32,000 nt of DNA from Bordetella parapertussis. Its GTDB lineage: Bacteria > Pseudomonadota > Gammaproteobacteria > Burkholderiales > SG8-41. Position numbers and translations under genes: made by a program. How positions within the stretch are numbered: the first letter of the stretch is position 1; every line of letters begins with the position of its first letter. The stretch is from assembly GCA_945865805.1 (NCBI GenBank), contig CAMBGJ010000004.1:9988-41987 (forward strand), in the 5' to 3' direction. This document shows positions 9,144 through 16,236 of the stretch, piece by piece. The notes under the pieces were generated by a model. That model made no database searches and was not told where the DNA came from. It saw only the letters and a program-made list of their open reading frames with translations.

Positions 9144-9698
9144 GTGAACCTCGCCCAACTCGACCGGCTGTTCGGCGCCATCGCCCGCGCAGAGAAGGTC
9201 AATGACTTCGTGGTAATCGGCAGCCTGAGTGTTTTGGGTTTGCTGCGCGAACGCGATGTGCCGGAACAAATGCTGGTTTCCATCGATGTCGATGCATGGG
9301 TGGAACCCGACCCACCGCGCGCCTTTGATTTCAACCAAGCCTGGGGCCAAGGTTCGGCCTTCGAGCGCGAACACGGTTACTACTTCGACCCGGTGTCGCC
9401 GCATCTGCCGACGTTGCCGGATGACTGGAAATCGAGGTTGCTGGCGCTGACGCTACCGTCGGGTGCGCGCGTGAAGTTTCTCGATCCCAACGACGCGGCG
9501 GTGTCCAAGTATGCCCGTTGCGACCCCAAGGATCGCGCCTGGATACGCGAGGGCCTGAAACAATCCATATTGTCATTGGCTACCATCGAATACCGCTTTG
9601 GTGAAACGCCTTTCCTTGATTCCAACGAACAATCGCGCGCAAAATCAGCCTTGGAAGAAGATCGCCAGTGGCTGGCATTGATTTATCAACCCCAATAA
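9144..9698 (+). CDS. Nucleotidyltransferase-fold protein (minimal NTase, DUF6036-like)
   Basis: VVIGSLSVLGLL...VSIDVDAW fits the h-G-S ... D-h-D polymerase-beta-type NTase signature. The C-terminal DPNDAAVSKYARCDPKDRAWI resembles the helper region of this group. The start is GTG 9144; ATG 9066 would overlap the XRE gene by 55 nt. Confidence 0.6.
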   Translation: MNLAQLDRLFGAIARAEKVNDFVVIGSLSVLGLLRERDVPEQMLVSIDVDAWVEPDPPRAFDFNQAWGQGSAFEREHGYYFDPVSPHLPTLPDDWKSRLLALTLPSGARVKFLDPNDAAVSKYARCDPKDRAWIREGLKQSILSLATIEYRFGETPFLDSNEQSRAKSALEEDRQWLALIYQPQ

Positions 9699-9710
9699 CC
9701 GGAGAACCCC

Positions 9711-10445
9711 ATGATCGAACTGCACTCATCCCCCACCCCCAACGGCCAGAAGGTCATGATCATGCTGGAGGAACTTGGCATCGAGTGGAAACACATCGAC
9801 GTCAACATTCGCCTCGGTGAGCAGTTCACGGCGGATTATCTGAAGCTCTCACCCAACAACCGCATCCCCACCATCATCGATACCGACGGCCCCGGCGGCG
9901 GGCGTTATTCGATGATGGAATCCGGCGCAATTCTGTTTTATCTGGCCGAAAAAACCGGCAAGTTTTTGCCGAAGGACGCACGCAAACGTTATGACGTGAT
10001 GCAGTGGCTGATTTTCCAGATGGCGCATGTGGGCCCGATGTTTGGCCAGGCGAATCACTTCAACAATTACGTCAAGGAAAACACCAGCACGCCGCAGGAT
10101 TACGCGCAGGGCCGCTACAACAACGAATCGATCCGGCTGTATCGCGTGCTCGACAACCGTGCGCGCGACAGCGCGTGGCTGGGCTGCGACGAATACAGCA
10201 TCGCCGACATGGCGATTTATCCGTGGACCAAAATGCACAAGGATCGCGGCATCACCGAAGCCGAGTATCCGAACTTTATGCGCTGGTACAAGGCGATGGA
10301 AGCGCGCCCCGCCGTGCAGCGTAACAATAAAATGGCGACTGAAATCCGCGAGCGCATGGCCAAGGCCACTGAGGGCAAGGCGCCGATCAATCTGTACGAC
10401 ACCAAGGACAACGCCGCGCGGCTCGCCAGCGCGACTAAGCGTTAA
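9711..10445 (+). CDS. Glutathione S-transferase, Nu-class (YfcG-like)
   Basis: MIELHSSPTPNGQKVMIMLEELG...LSPNNRIPTIIDTD...ESGAILFYLAEKTG...GPMFGQANHF is colinear with E. coli YfcG. Confidence 0.85.
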   Translation: MIELHSSPTPNGQKVMIMLEELGIEWKHIDVNIRLGEQFTADYLKLSPNNRIPTIIDTDGPGGGRYSMMESGAILFYLAEKTGKFLPKDARKRYDVMQWLIFQMAHVGPMFGQANHFNNYVKENTSTPQDYAQGRYNNESIRLYRVLDNRARDSAWLGCDEYSIADMAIYPWTKMHKDRGITEAEYPNFMRWYKAMEARPAVQRNNKMATEIRERMAKATEGKAPINLYDTKDNAARLASATKR

Positions 10446-10490
10446 CAAAAGCTAACGACGGATAACGTCCATTCCACAACGGAGAAGGCC

Positions 10491-10904
10491 ATGCATATCG
10501 ACGGCGGCTGCCACTGCGGCAACATCACTTACGAAGCGGACATCAATCCCGAGGCCGTCAGTTTGTGTCATTGCTCGGATTGCCAGACAATGACCGGCAC
10601 CGCGTATCGCGTCAACGTGCGCGTGAAGAAGGCGAATTTCAAGCTGAGCGGCGGCAAGCTCAAGCTGTATGTGAAAACCGCCGAAAGCGGCAACAAGCGC
10701 ACACAGGCGTTTTGCCCCGAGTGCGGCACGCCGATTTATTCGACCACCAACGATGCCGATCCGCAGGAATTCGGCCTGCGCGTGGGCACCGTGAGGCAAC
10801 GCGCGCAACTGCCGCCGAAGAAGCAGGGCTGGTGCCGCTCGGCGATGCCGTGGTCGATGGACATCGGCGCGCTGCCGCAAACCGCCGCGCAGTTGCAGCG
10901 ATGA
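10491..10904 (+). CDS. GFA (glutathione-dependent formaldehyde-activating / CENP-V) family zinc protein
   Basis: GGCHCGNITYE, CHCSDCQ and FCPECGTPI are the Cys-rich motifs of the GFA family. Confidence 0.8.
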   Translation: MHIDGGCHCGNITYEADINPEAVSLCHCSDCQTMTGTAYRVNVRVKKANFKLSGGKLKLYVKTAESGNKRTQAFCPECGTPIYSTTNDADPQEFGLRVGTVRQRAQLPPKKQGWCRSAMPWSMDIGALPQTAAQLQR

Positions 10905-11593
10905 GTAAAAATGTTGCGTTAATCGTCGGCGCGGGCAGCGGGCTGAGCGCATCACTCGCTCGCGCGTTCACGCGCGAAGGCTTGCACTGCGTGCTGGCCG
11001 CGCGCGATGCCGGCAAGTTGAAAGCGCTGTGTGATGAAACCGGCGCCACTGCGATTGCGTGCGACAGCGGCCAAGCCGAGTCCGTCAACGCGCTCTATGC
11101 ACGGGTGGATGCGCTGTGCGATGCGCCCGCTGTGGTGGTCTATAACGCGTCACAGCGCGTGCGCGGGCCGTTGGCGGAGCTGGATGCCAAGGCCGTAGCC
11201 GCCGCGATCAACGTCACCGCACTCGGCGGGTTTCACGTGGCGCAGGCGGCGGTGCAACGCATGCTGAAAAAGAGCGCGGGCACGATCATCTTCACCGGTG
11301 CGTCGGCGAGCGTGAAAGGGTATGCGCAGTCGGCAACCTTCGCCATGGGCAAATTCGCGCTGCGCGGTCTGGCGCAAAGCATGGCTCGCGAACTGGCGCC
11401 GCAAAACATCCACGTGGCGCATGTGGTGATCGACGGCGGTATCAGCTCCGCGCAACGGCCCGTGCCTGCCGATAAACCCGACAGCCTGCTCGACCCTGAC
11501 GCCATCGCGCAGAGTTACGTGCATTTGTGGCTGCAGCAACGCAGCGCGTGGACGTGGGAAATCGAAGTACGTCCGTGGGTGGAAAAATTCTAG
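10901..11593 (+). CDS. Short-chain dehydrogenase/reductase (SDR) family oxidoreductase
   Basis: MSKNVALIVGAGSGLSASLARAF is the Rossmann TGxxxGxG-like motif, followed by the NAS and YAQSATFAMGK (YxxxK) motifs. The ATG at 10901 overlaps the GFA stop as ATGA. The upstream part of ORF 10565-11593 is a frame artefact. Confidence 0.85.
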   Translation: MSKNVALIVGAGSGLSASLARAFTREGLHCVLAARDAGKLKALCDETGATAIACDSGQAESVNALYARVDALCDAPAVVVYNASQRVRGPLAELDAKAVAAAINVTALGGFHVAQAAVQRMLKKSAGTIIFTGASASVKGYAQSATFAMGKFALRGLAQSMARELAPQNIHVAHVVIDGGISSAQRPVPADKPDSLLDPDAIAQSYVHLWLQQRSAWTWEIEVRPWVEKF

Positions 11594-11791
11594 AGCCTGT
11601 TATGAACTCGTCGGTGTTCCAAAATCGTTTCCCTCATCCCCACCCTTCTGCTCCGCTTTCAGTGTTCCCTGATCCCGGAGGGAGAAGGGCTTTTCGCCCC
11701 TCGCCCTCCGGAGGGGCAGGGGTGAGGGAAAGGCGATGGAACACAAGCCATTGATTTAACGAAGAAATAATTAAGTTCATAACAGGCTCTA
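11591..11791. mobile_element. MITE-like nonautonomous element: perfect 18-bp terminal inverted repeats (TAGAGCCTGTTATGAACT / AGTTCATAACAGGCTCTA), or 16-bp TIRs flanked by a TA duplication, with a GC-rich nested palindromic interior
   Basis: 11591-11608 is the exact reverse complement of 11774-11791. Inner arms are also complementary (gtgttcca..tttccctcatcccc against ggggtgagggaaa..tggaacac). No ORF is present. The element sits between the SDR stop and the hydrolase RBS. Confidence 0.7.
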
Positions 11792-11814
11792 ACGAACCTT
11801 CAGGGAGAATAACC

Positions 11815-12552
11815 ATGCCGTTCTACGAAAAAGGCAACGTCCGTATCCGTTACGAAGAAGCTGGCAGCGGCTTTCCGCTGTTCATCATTTACGGCGGCGG
11901 CCTCAACTCAAAGGTCACCTACGCCAACGGCCCGTTCGATGCGTTTGCCGAATTCAAATCTGAGTATCGTTGTATCAGTATGGATTTACGCAACGCCAAC
12001 GGCGGCCAGTCCACCGGCCCGTTGGATTTCGACGATCCGTGGAACTCGCACACCAGCGACCAGCTGGGCTTGCTCGATCACCTGGGCGTCGACAAATTTT
12101 TTGTCATGGGTTTTTGCATCGGCAATCCGCTGATCTGGAATCTGCAAAAGCGCGCACCAGGACGCATCGTCGCGGCGGTGTCAGCGCAACCCAGCGGTGT
12201 CGATCCCAATCTGCCCGGCTTTTTTATCAAGAACAACCTCAAGACTTGGGCACCGGGCCTCATCGCCAGCAAACCGGAATTCACCATGGAGATGGTGAAC
12301 CGCTATCTCGACAAGATGTACGGCAACGTCGATTTCGTGCTCACCGCCACGCGCGATTACGTGCGTAACTGCCAAACGCCGCTGCTGGTGCTGCCGGATA
12401 ACACCGACGCGCACCCTTACGCCACCGCGATGGAAATGGTGCATACCGCGCTCAATTCGCAGGTGAGTCTTTATCCGTGGAAGGATAACCAGCAGAACGT
12501 AGCGCTGGGCGTGCGGCACATACGCACGTTTCTCAAGGCGAATCGGGTGTGA
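11815..12552 (+). CDS. Alpha/beta-fold hydrolase with a Cys in the nucleophile elbow (GFCIG)
   Basis: YEEAGSGFPLFIIYGGG resembles an oxyanion-hole region. The nucleophile elbow VMGFCIGNP has G-x-C-x-G instead of G-x-S-x-G. The RBS AGGGAG lies 8 nt upstream. Confidence 0.75.
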   Translation: MPFYEKGNVRIRYEEAGSGFPLFIIYGGGLNSKVTYANGPFDAFAEFKSEYRCISMDLRNANGGQSTGPLDFDDPWNSHTSDQLGLLDHLGVDKFFVMGFCIGNPLIWNLQKRAPGRIVAAVSAQPSGVDPNLPGFFIKNNLKTWAPGLIASKPEFTMEMVNRYLDKMYGNVDFVLTATRDYVRNCQTPLLVLPDNTDAHPYATAMEMVHTALNSQVSLYPWKDNQQNVALGVRHIRTFLKANRV

Positions 12553-12564
12553 CGACCGTCCAGG

Positions 12565-12784
12565 TAGAGTAGCCCGCATGCAGCGCAGCGAAATACGGGT
12601 TCATCGATAGCGATGGCCCTGTAATACGCTGCGCTACTTACAGCGCTACACCATCCATCTCACTCGGGCTTGATCCGCGCGCGCCACCAGTTCGAGTAGG
12701 GCGCAATAACCGAAGGGCATTGCGCCGCATGTGGTTCTGCAGCACGACGTTTGGCGCAATGCGCTGCGCTTATTGACGCCCTAC
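12565..12784. repeat. Cluster of four REP-like hairpin units (GTAG/CTAC heads, shared loop word CGCTGCGCT) in a convergent intergenic region
   Basis: The four units lie at about 12569-12600, 12619-12646, 12696-12726 (GTAGGGCGCAAT..ATTGCGCC) and 12752-12784 (GGCGCAAT..ATTGACGCCCTAC). The last two are in inverted orientation. Confidence 0.7.
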
Positions 12785-12800
12785 AACTGTGGATAGTGCG

Positions 12801-13763
12801 TCATTCTGACTTAATCCCCGCGCGCCGCGCCACCTCCGCCCACTTGGGTATTTCGGCGCGGATCATCGCGTCGAAGGGTTCCGCAGCAACGTAGGCGATT
12901 TCAACGCCCATGGCTTTGAAGCGCTGCTGCGTATCGGGGTCGCGTAGCACGGTGTTCATGCCGTCGCTGAGTTTGCCGATCACGCTGCGCGGCGTGCCGT
13001 TAGGTGCAATCAGGCCATACCAGCCTTGCGCGGAAAACCCCTTGATCGCCGTTTCGCTGATGGTGGGTAGTTCCGGCATCAGTTCCGAACGCTTGTCGCT
13101 GATCACCGCCAGGGCGCGCAGCCGCCCGGCTTTGGCGAGCGGTACCACCAATTGCAAGGAGTTGAACATGAAGTCGAGTTGCCCGGCGAGCAGATCGCTC
13201 ATGGCGGGGCCGTTGCCTTTGTACGGCACATAAAGAAAATCCACACCCGATTGAATCTTGAGCATTTCGGTGGCCAGGTGTTGCGAGCCGCCGGGAATGG
13301 CGCCAGCGGTGAGTTTGCCGGGGCGTGCGCGGGCCAGCGCGATGAGTTCCTTGACCGTGTGCACCGGCAGTGCTGCGTTCACCACCAGCGCGGAGTTGTT
13401 GTAGCCGATCATGCCCACTGCGGCAAAATCGCGCAGCGGATCGAACGGCAGCTTCTTGAATAGCGTCGGGTTGATCACATGACCGGTGTAGGCAAACAGC
13501 AGCGTGTAACCATCGGCGGGCGCGCGCGCCACCAGTTCCGTGCCGATGTTCCCGGCCGCCCCAGGGCGGTTGTCGATCACGACCTGCTGGCCAAGCAGCG
13601 GCGTGAGTTTGGCCGCCATTACGCGTGCCACGCCATCACCACCACCTCCAGCGGATGAGCCTACGATGAGACGTATGGGACGAGTGGGGAAGGTTTGCGC
13701 GTGACTGTTTGCGCACACCAGCACGAGCCACGGCGCGGCTGCCCAGCAGAGGATGCGTTTCAT
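12801..13763 (-). CDS. Bug-family (TctC-like) tripartite tricarboxylate transporter substrate-binding protein
   Basis: The signal peptide MKRILCWAAAPWLVLVCANSHA is followed by the family N-terminal signature FPTRPIRLIVGSSAGGGGD. The start is ATG 13763 within ORF 12801-13793. Confidence 0.9.
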   Translation of the reverse strand: MKRILCWAAAPWLVLVCANSHAQTFPTRPIRLIVGSSAGGGGDGVARVMAAKLTPLLGQQVVIDNRPGAAGNIGTELVARAPADGYTLLFAYTGHVINPTLFKKLPFDPLRDFAAVGMIGYNNSALVVNAALPVHTVKELIALARARPGKLTAGAIPGGSQHLATEMLKIQSGVDFLYVPYKGNGPAMSDLLAGQLDFMFNSLQLVVPLAKAGRLRALAVISDKRSELMPELPTISETAIKGFSAQGWYGLIAPNGTPRSVIGKLSDGMNTVLRDPDTQQRFKAMGVEIAYVAAEPFDAMIRAEIPKWAEVARRAGIKSE

Positions 13764-13805
13764 GCGGAGATTGTATGCGATGGCGGATAACATCGCACGC
13801 CGGGT

Positions 13806-13840
13806 GAAAATAATTTGTTTAAAATCAAATACTTATGATG
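13806..13840 (+). promoter_or_regulatory. Copy of the recurrent AT-rich motif in the divergent Bug / HD-protein intergenic region
   Basis: The sequence is gaaaataatttgtttaaaatcaaatacttatgatg, about 110 nt upstream of ATG 13954. Confidence 0.55.
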
Positions 13841-13953
13841 TGTCGCTCCAGCGTCACCCAGGATGCCCATCAACTTGTGTTACTTTTGCCAGCCGGTCGC
13901 TCGCCGCGCGCGGCCCCGTTCCTCAGCAACCAACCTCGCAAGGAGGATTCACC

Positions 13954-14712
13954 ATGTCACCCGCATCCGCCGCATCTGTTCTGGAAAGAGCCGAAGCCAT
14001 CGACAGCGCCGCCGCCCTGGCGATGGATCAGTACGCGATCGTAAAAGCGCACCTGTATACCTCGGGCGAAGTCGACCACACGCAACCGCAACCACGCGAC
14101 GACGCCAAAGGCCGTTTGCGCTTGATGGGACACGATCCGCGTTTGCCCAAGATGCCCGAGAAGCCGACGCTGGTTGATTTTTTCAAGCTGCGATTCGGCC
14201 CCTGTGTGCACATGCTGCAAAGCGCGCGTCTGGCGCAGAAAAACGGTTGCAGTGAAAAAATCATCCTCGCCTGCCTGGTGCACGACACCGGCAACAACGG
14301 CTTCATCCGAGCTGACCACGGTTATTGGGCGGCGCAGTTATACGAGCCCTATGTGGATGAAGAAACGACATTCGCCATTCGTTACCATCAGGCGCTGCGG
14401 TTTTTTCCGGACGAAAAATACGGCTACGAATATCCGGAATCATACGTGCGCATGTTCGGCCGCGATTTCGATCCGGGCAAACACATTGGCCGTGCGCATG
14501 AGCACGCCAAAAAGCATAAGTATTACGAAGCGGCGCGGCTGTTGACGGTGAACGATCTGTACGCCTTTGATCCGACTGTTCAAGTCGAGCTGGAAGAATT
14601 CACCGATGTGATCGGCCGCAATTTCCGCCAGCCCGAAGAAGGCCTGGGCTTTGACGACAGTCCCACGGCGCACATGTGGCGCACGATTAACTGGCCGACG
14701 CGGTATTTGTAA
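13954..14712 (+). CDS. HD-domain protein, myo-inositol-oxygenase-like (candidate diiron oxygenase)
   Basis: AGGAGG at 13941-13946 precedes ATG 13954. The HD motif is in LACLVHDTGN. Later segments RYHQALRFFP and VNDLYAFDP resemble the MIOX RYHSFYPWH and FNxYDLYSK regions. Confidence 0.6.
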   Translation: MSPASAASVLERAEAIDSAAALAMDQYAIVKAHLYTSGEVDHTQPQPRDDAKGRLRLMGHDPRLPKMPEKPTLVDFFKLRFGPCVHMLQSARLAQKNGCSEKIILACLVHDTGNNGFIRADHGYWAAQLYEPYVDEETTFAIRYHQALRFFPDEKYGYEYPESYVRMFGRDFDPGKHIGRAHEHAKKHKYYEAARLLTVNDLYAFDPTVQVELEEFTDVIGRNFRQPEEGLGFDDSPTAHMWRTINWPTRYL

Positions 14713-14748
14713 CCGGCCCCGATGTAAACACCGCGCACGGCGGTAAGA

Positions 14749-15861
14749 CTACTCCTGCGCCAGCTCGTGAATTTCCATACCCAGATGCGGCGGCAGGGGC
14801 TTTAACCAGCTCTTGTGCCGCAGCGCGCGACCGGCGTCGTGGCTGTCGGCCTTCCAGCGCACGGCGATGGTCGAGCGGCTGAAGTCGATATCCTTCGATT
14901 GATCGTCCGTCGGCATCGCTTTCATTACCAAGCGCACGATACGAATGGTGCTGTCGCAGCCCAGGTTCACCAGCGGTTTTAAGTCGCTCGAGTTGCGCGT
15001 CTTGGCGGGTACACTTTCGGCCAGTATGCGCACGGCGCGGCGCAAATTTTGCAACTTGCGGTGATCTTCCAGGTGCTCGCGCGTGCGGCTTGAATACTGA
15101 ATATTCTTGTGCCGGTGTATCGCGGCGGAGATGGAGTTGGGCAGACTTTCGGTCGGATCCCACAGATCGATCATGAAGCATAGCGTGTCGTGCCGCTGCG
15201 CGTCATCAAGCACCACATCGATCGGCGAGTTGGAATAAATGCCGCCATCCCAATACGCCGCGCCGTCGATTTCCACCGGCGGAAAGCCCGGCGGCAGCGC
15301 GCCGCTGGCCATCACGTGTTTGGCCGTGATGCGCGGCGTGTTGCTGCCGTTGTCGAAGATGGCGATCTCGCCGGTGGCAATATCCACTGCGCATACGGTG
15401 AAGCGCACGTGACCGGCGTTCAGATAATCAAAATCGACAAAGCGGTTCAACGTGTCTTCGAGCGGTGAGGTGTCGTAAAAACTCGCTTCGGTGGCTATCA
15501 CTGTGCGCGTCATGTTCCAGGTGGCGCCACGGCGCGGGCGGAAAAATCCGGGGATGCCCTTGGACAGCGTGTTGTAGTTTTTCATCGCATTGGTCCACGG
15601 CCGCATCCAGTCCGCCGTGCCAAGATGCGGTATCAGCGATGGTTCGTCCTGCGCGACGTAATCCCAAAACCCTTTCAGCTTTTCGATGCGCTGCGCCGGT
15701 GGATTGCCGGCGATGATGGCGCCGTTGATCGCGCCGATGGAGGTGCCCACCACCCAATCGATTTTGAAGCCGTGCTCGGCCAGGCCGGTGAACGCGCCGC
15801 CCTGATAGGCACCCAGCGCGCCGCCGCCCTGCAATACCAACGCCACTTGCACTTCAGTCAT
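14749..15861 (-). CDS. Patatin-like phospholipase family protein
   Basis: LVLQGGGALGAYQGG is the oxyanion GGGxxG motif, GTSIGAING is the GxSxG serine, and WDGG is the catalytic Asp-Gly region. Confidence 0.85.
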   Translation of the reverse strand: MTEVQVALVLQGGGALGAYQGGAFTGLAEHGFKIDWVVGTSIGAINGAIIAGNPPAQRIEKLKGFWDYVAQDEPSLIPHLGTADWMRPWTNAMKNYNTLSKGIPGFFRPRRGATWNMTRTVIATEASFYDTSPLEDTLNRFVDFDYLNAGHVRFTVCAVDIATGEIAIFDNGSNTPRITAKHVMASGALPPGFPPVEIDGAAYWDGGIYSNSPIDVVLDDAQRHDTLCFMIDLWDPTESLPNSISAAIHRHKNIQYSSRTREHLEDHRKLQNLRRAVRILAESVPAKTRNSSDLKPLVNLGCDSTIRIVRLVMKAMPTDDQSKDIDFSRSTIAVRWKADSHDAGRALRHKSWLKPLPPHLGMEIHELAQE

Positions 15862-15893
15862 GGGCCTGCTCCTTGAGGTGCTGCTTGATGTGG

Positions 15894-16229
15894 CTATTTA
15901 TTGCCCGGCTCGCCGGCGACCACGTAAGCCCATAGCGCCTGAATCTCGTCGGGCTTTATCACATCGCCCCACGGCGGCATGGCGCGGGTGCCGTGGGTTA
16001 CCGAGTCTAAAAACCGCTTGGGGTTGTCACGCGGAAACGTGGCCAGATCAATACCCCACTGCGGCCCCTGCATGCGCACGCCGTGACACGATTCGCAGTG
16101 AGCGGCATACACCGCGGCACCCTGCTTGATCTGCGTCGGCGGAAAACGTTCCTGCGCCGTGCCGCTGGCGCAGTGCACTACCAACGGTATGGCGAAAAAA
16201 AATCGTAAGTATTTGTTTTTATTCAACAT
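15894..16229 (-). CDS. Monohaem c-type cytochrome (probable electron acceptor of the adjacent PQQ dehydrogenase)
   Basis: It has a signal-peptide-like N-terminus, the haem motif CESCHG (CxxCH) and a distal Met in RAMPPWG. The start codon lies 3 nt after the PQQ-dehydrogenase stop. Confidence 0.8.
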   Translation of the reverse strand: MLNKNKYLRFFFAIPLVVHCASGTAQERFPPTQIKQGAAVYAAHCESCHGVRMQGPQWGIDLATFPRDNPKRFLDSVTHGTRAMPPWGDVIKPDEIQALWAYVVAGEPGNK

Positions 16230-16236
16230 TTACTAG
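16201..16236 (-). promoter_or_regulatory. Copy of the recurrent AT-rich motif overlapping the cytochrome c start and the PQQ-dehydrogenase stop
   Basis: The plus strand reads aatcgtaagtatttgtttttattcaacatttactag. It is identical to the 19289 copy at 24 of the first 28 positions. Confidence 0.6.

Noticed and set aside
10565-10900. The upstream extension of the SDR ORF, which would give a 342-aa protein overlapping the GFA gene.
   Set aside because: The SDR Rossmann motif begins right after the ATG at 10901, which overlaps the GFA stop as ATGA. The extension lies in a different frame of the well-supported GFA gene.
13753-13953. The upstream extension of the HD-protein ORF starting at 13753.
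   Set aside because: It would overlap the divergent Bug gene start and run through the AT-rich motif. A strong AGGAGG precedes the ATG at 13954.
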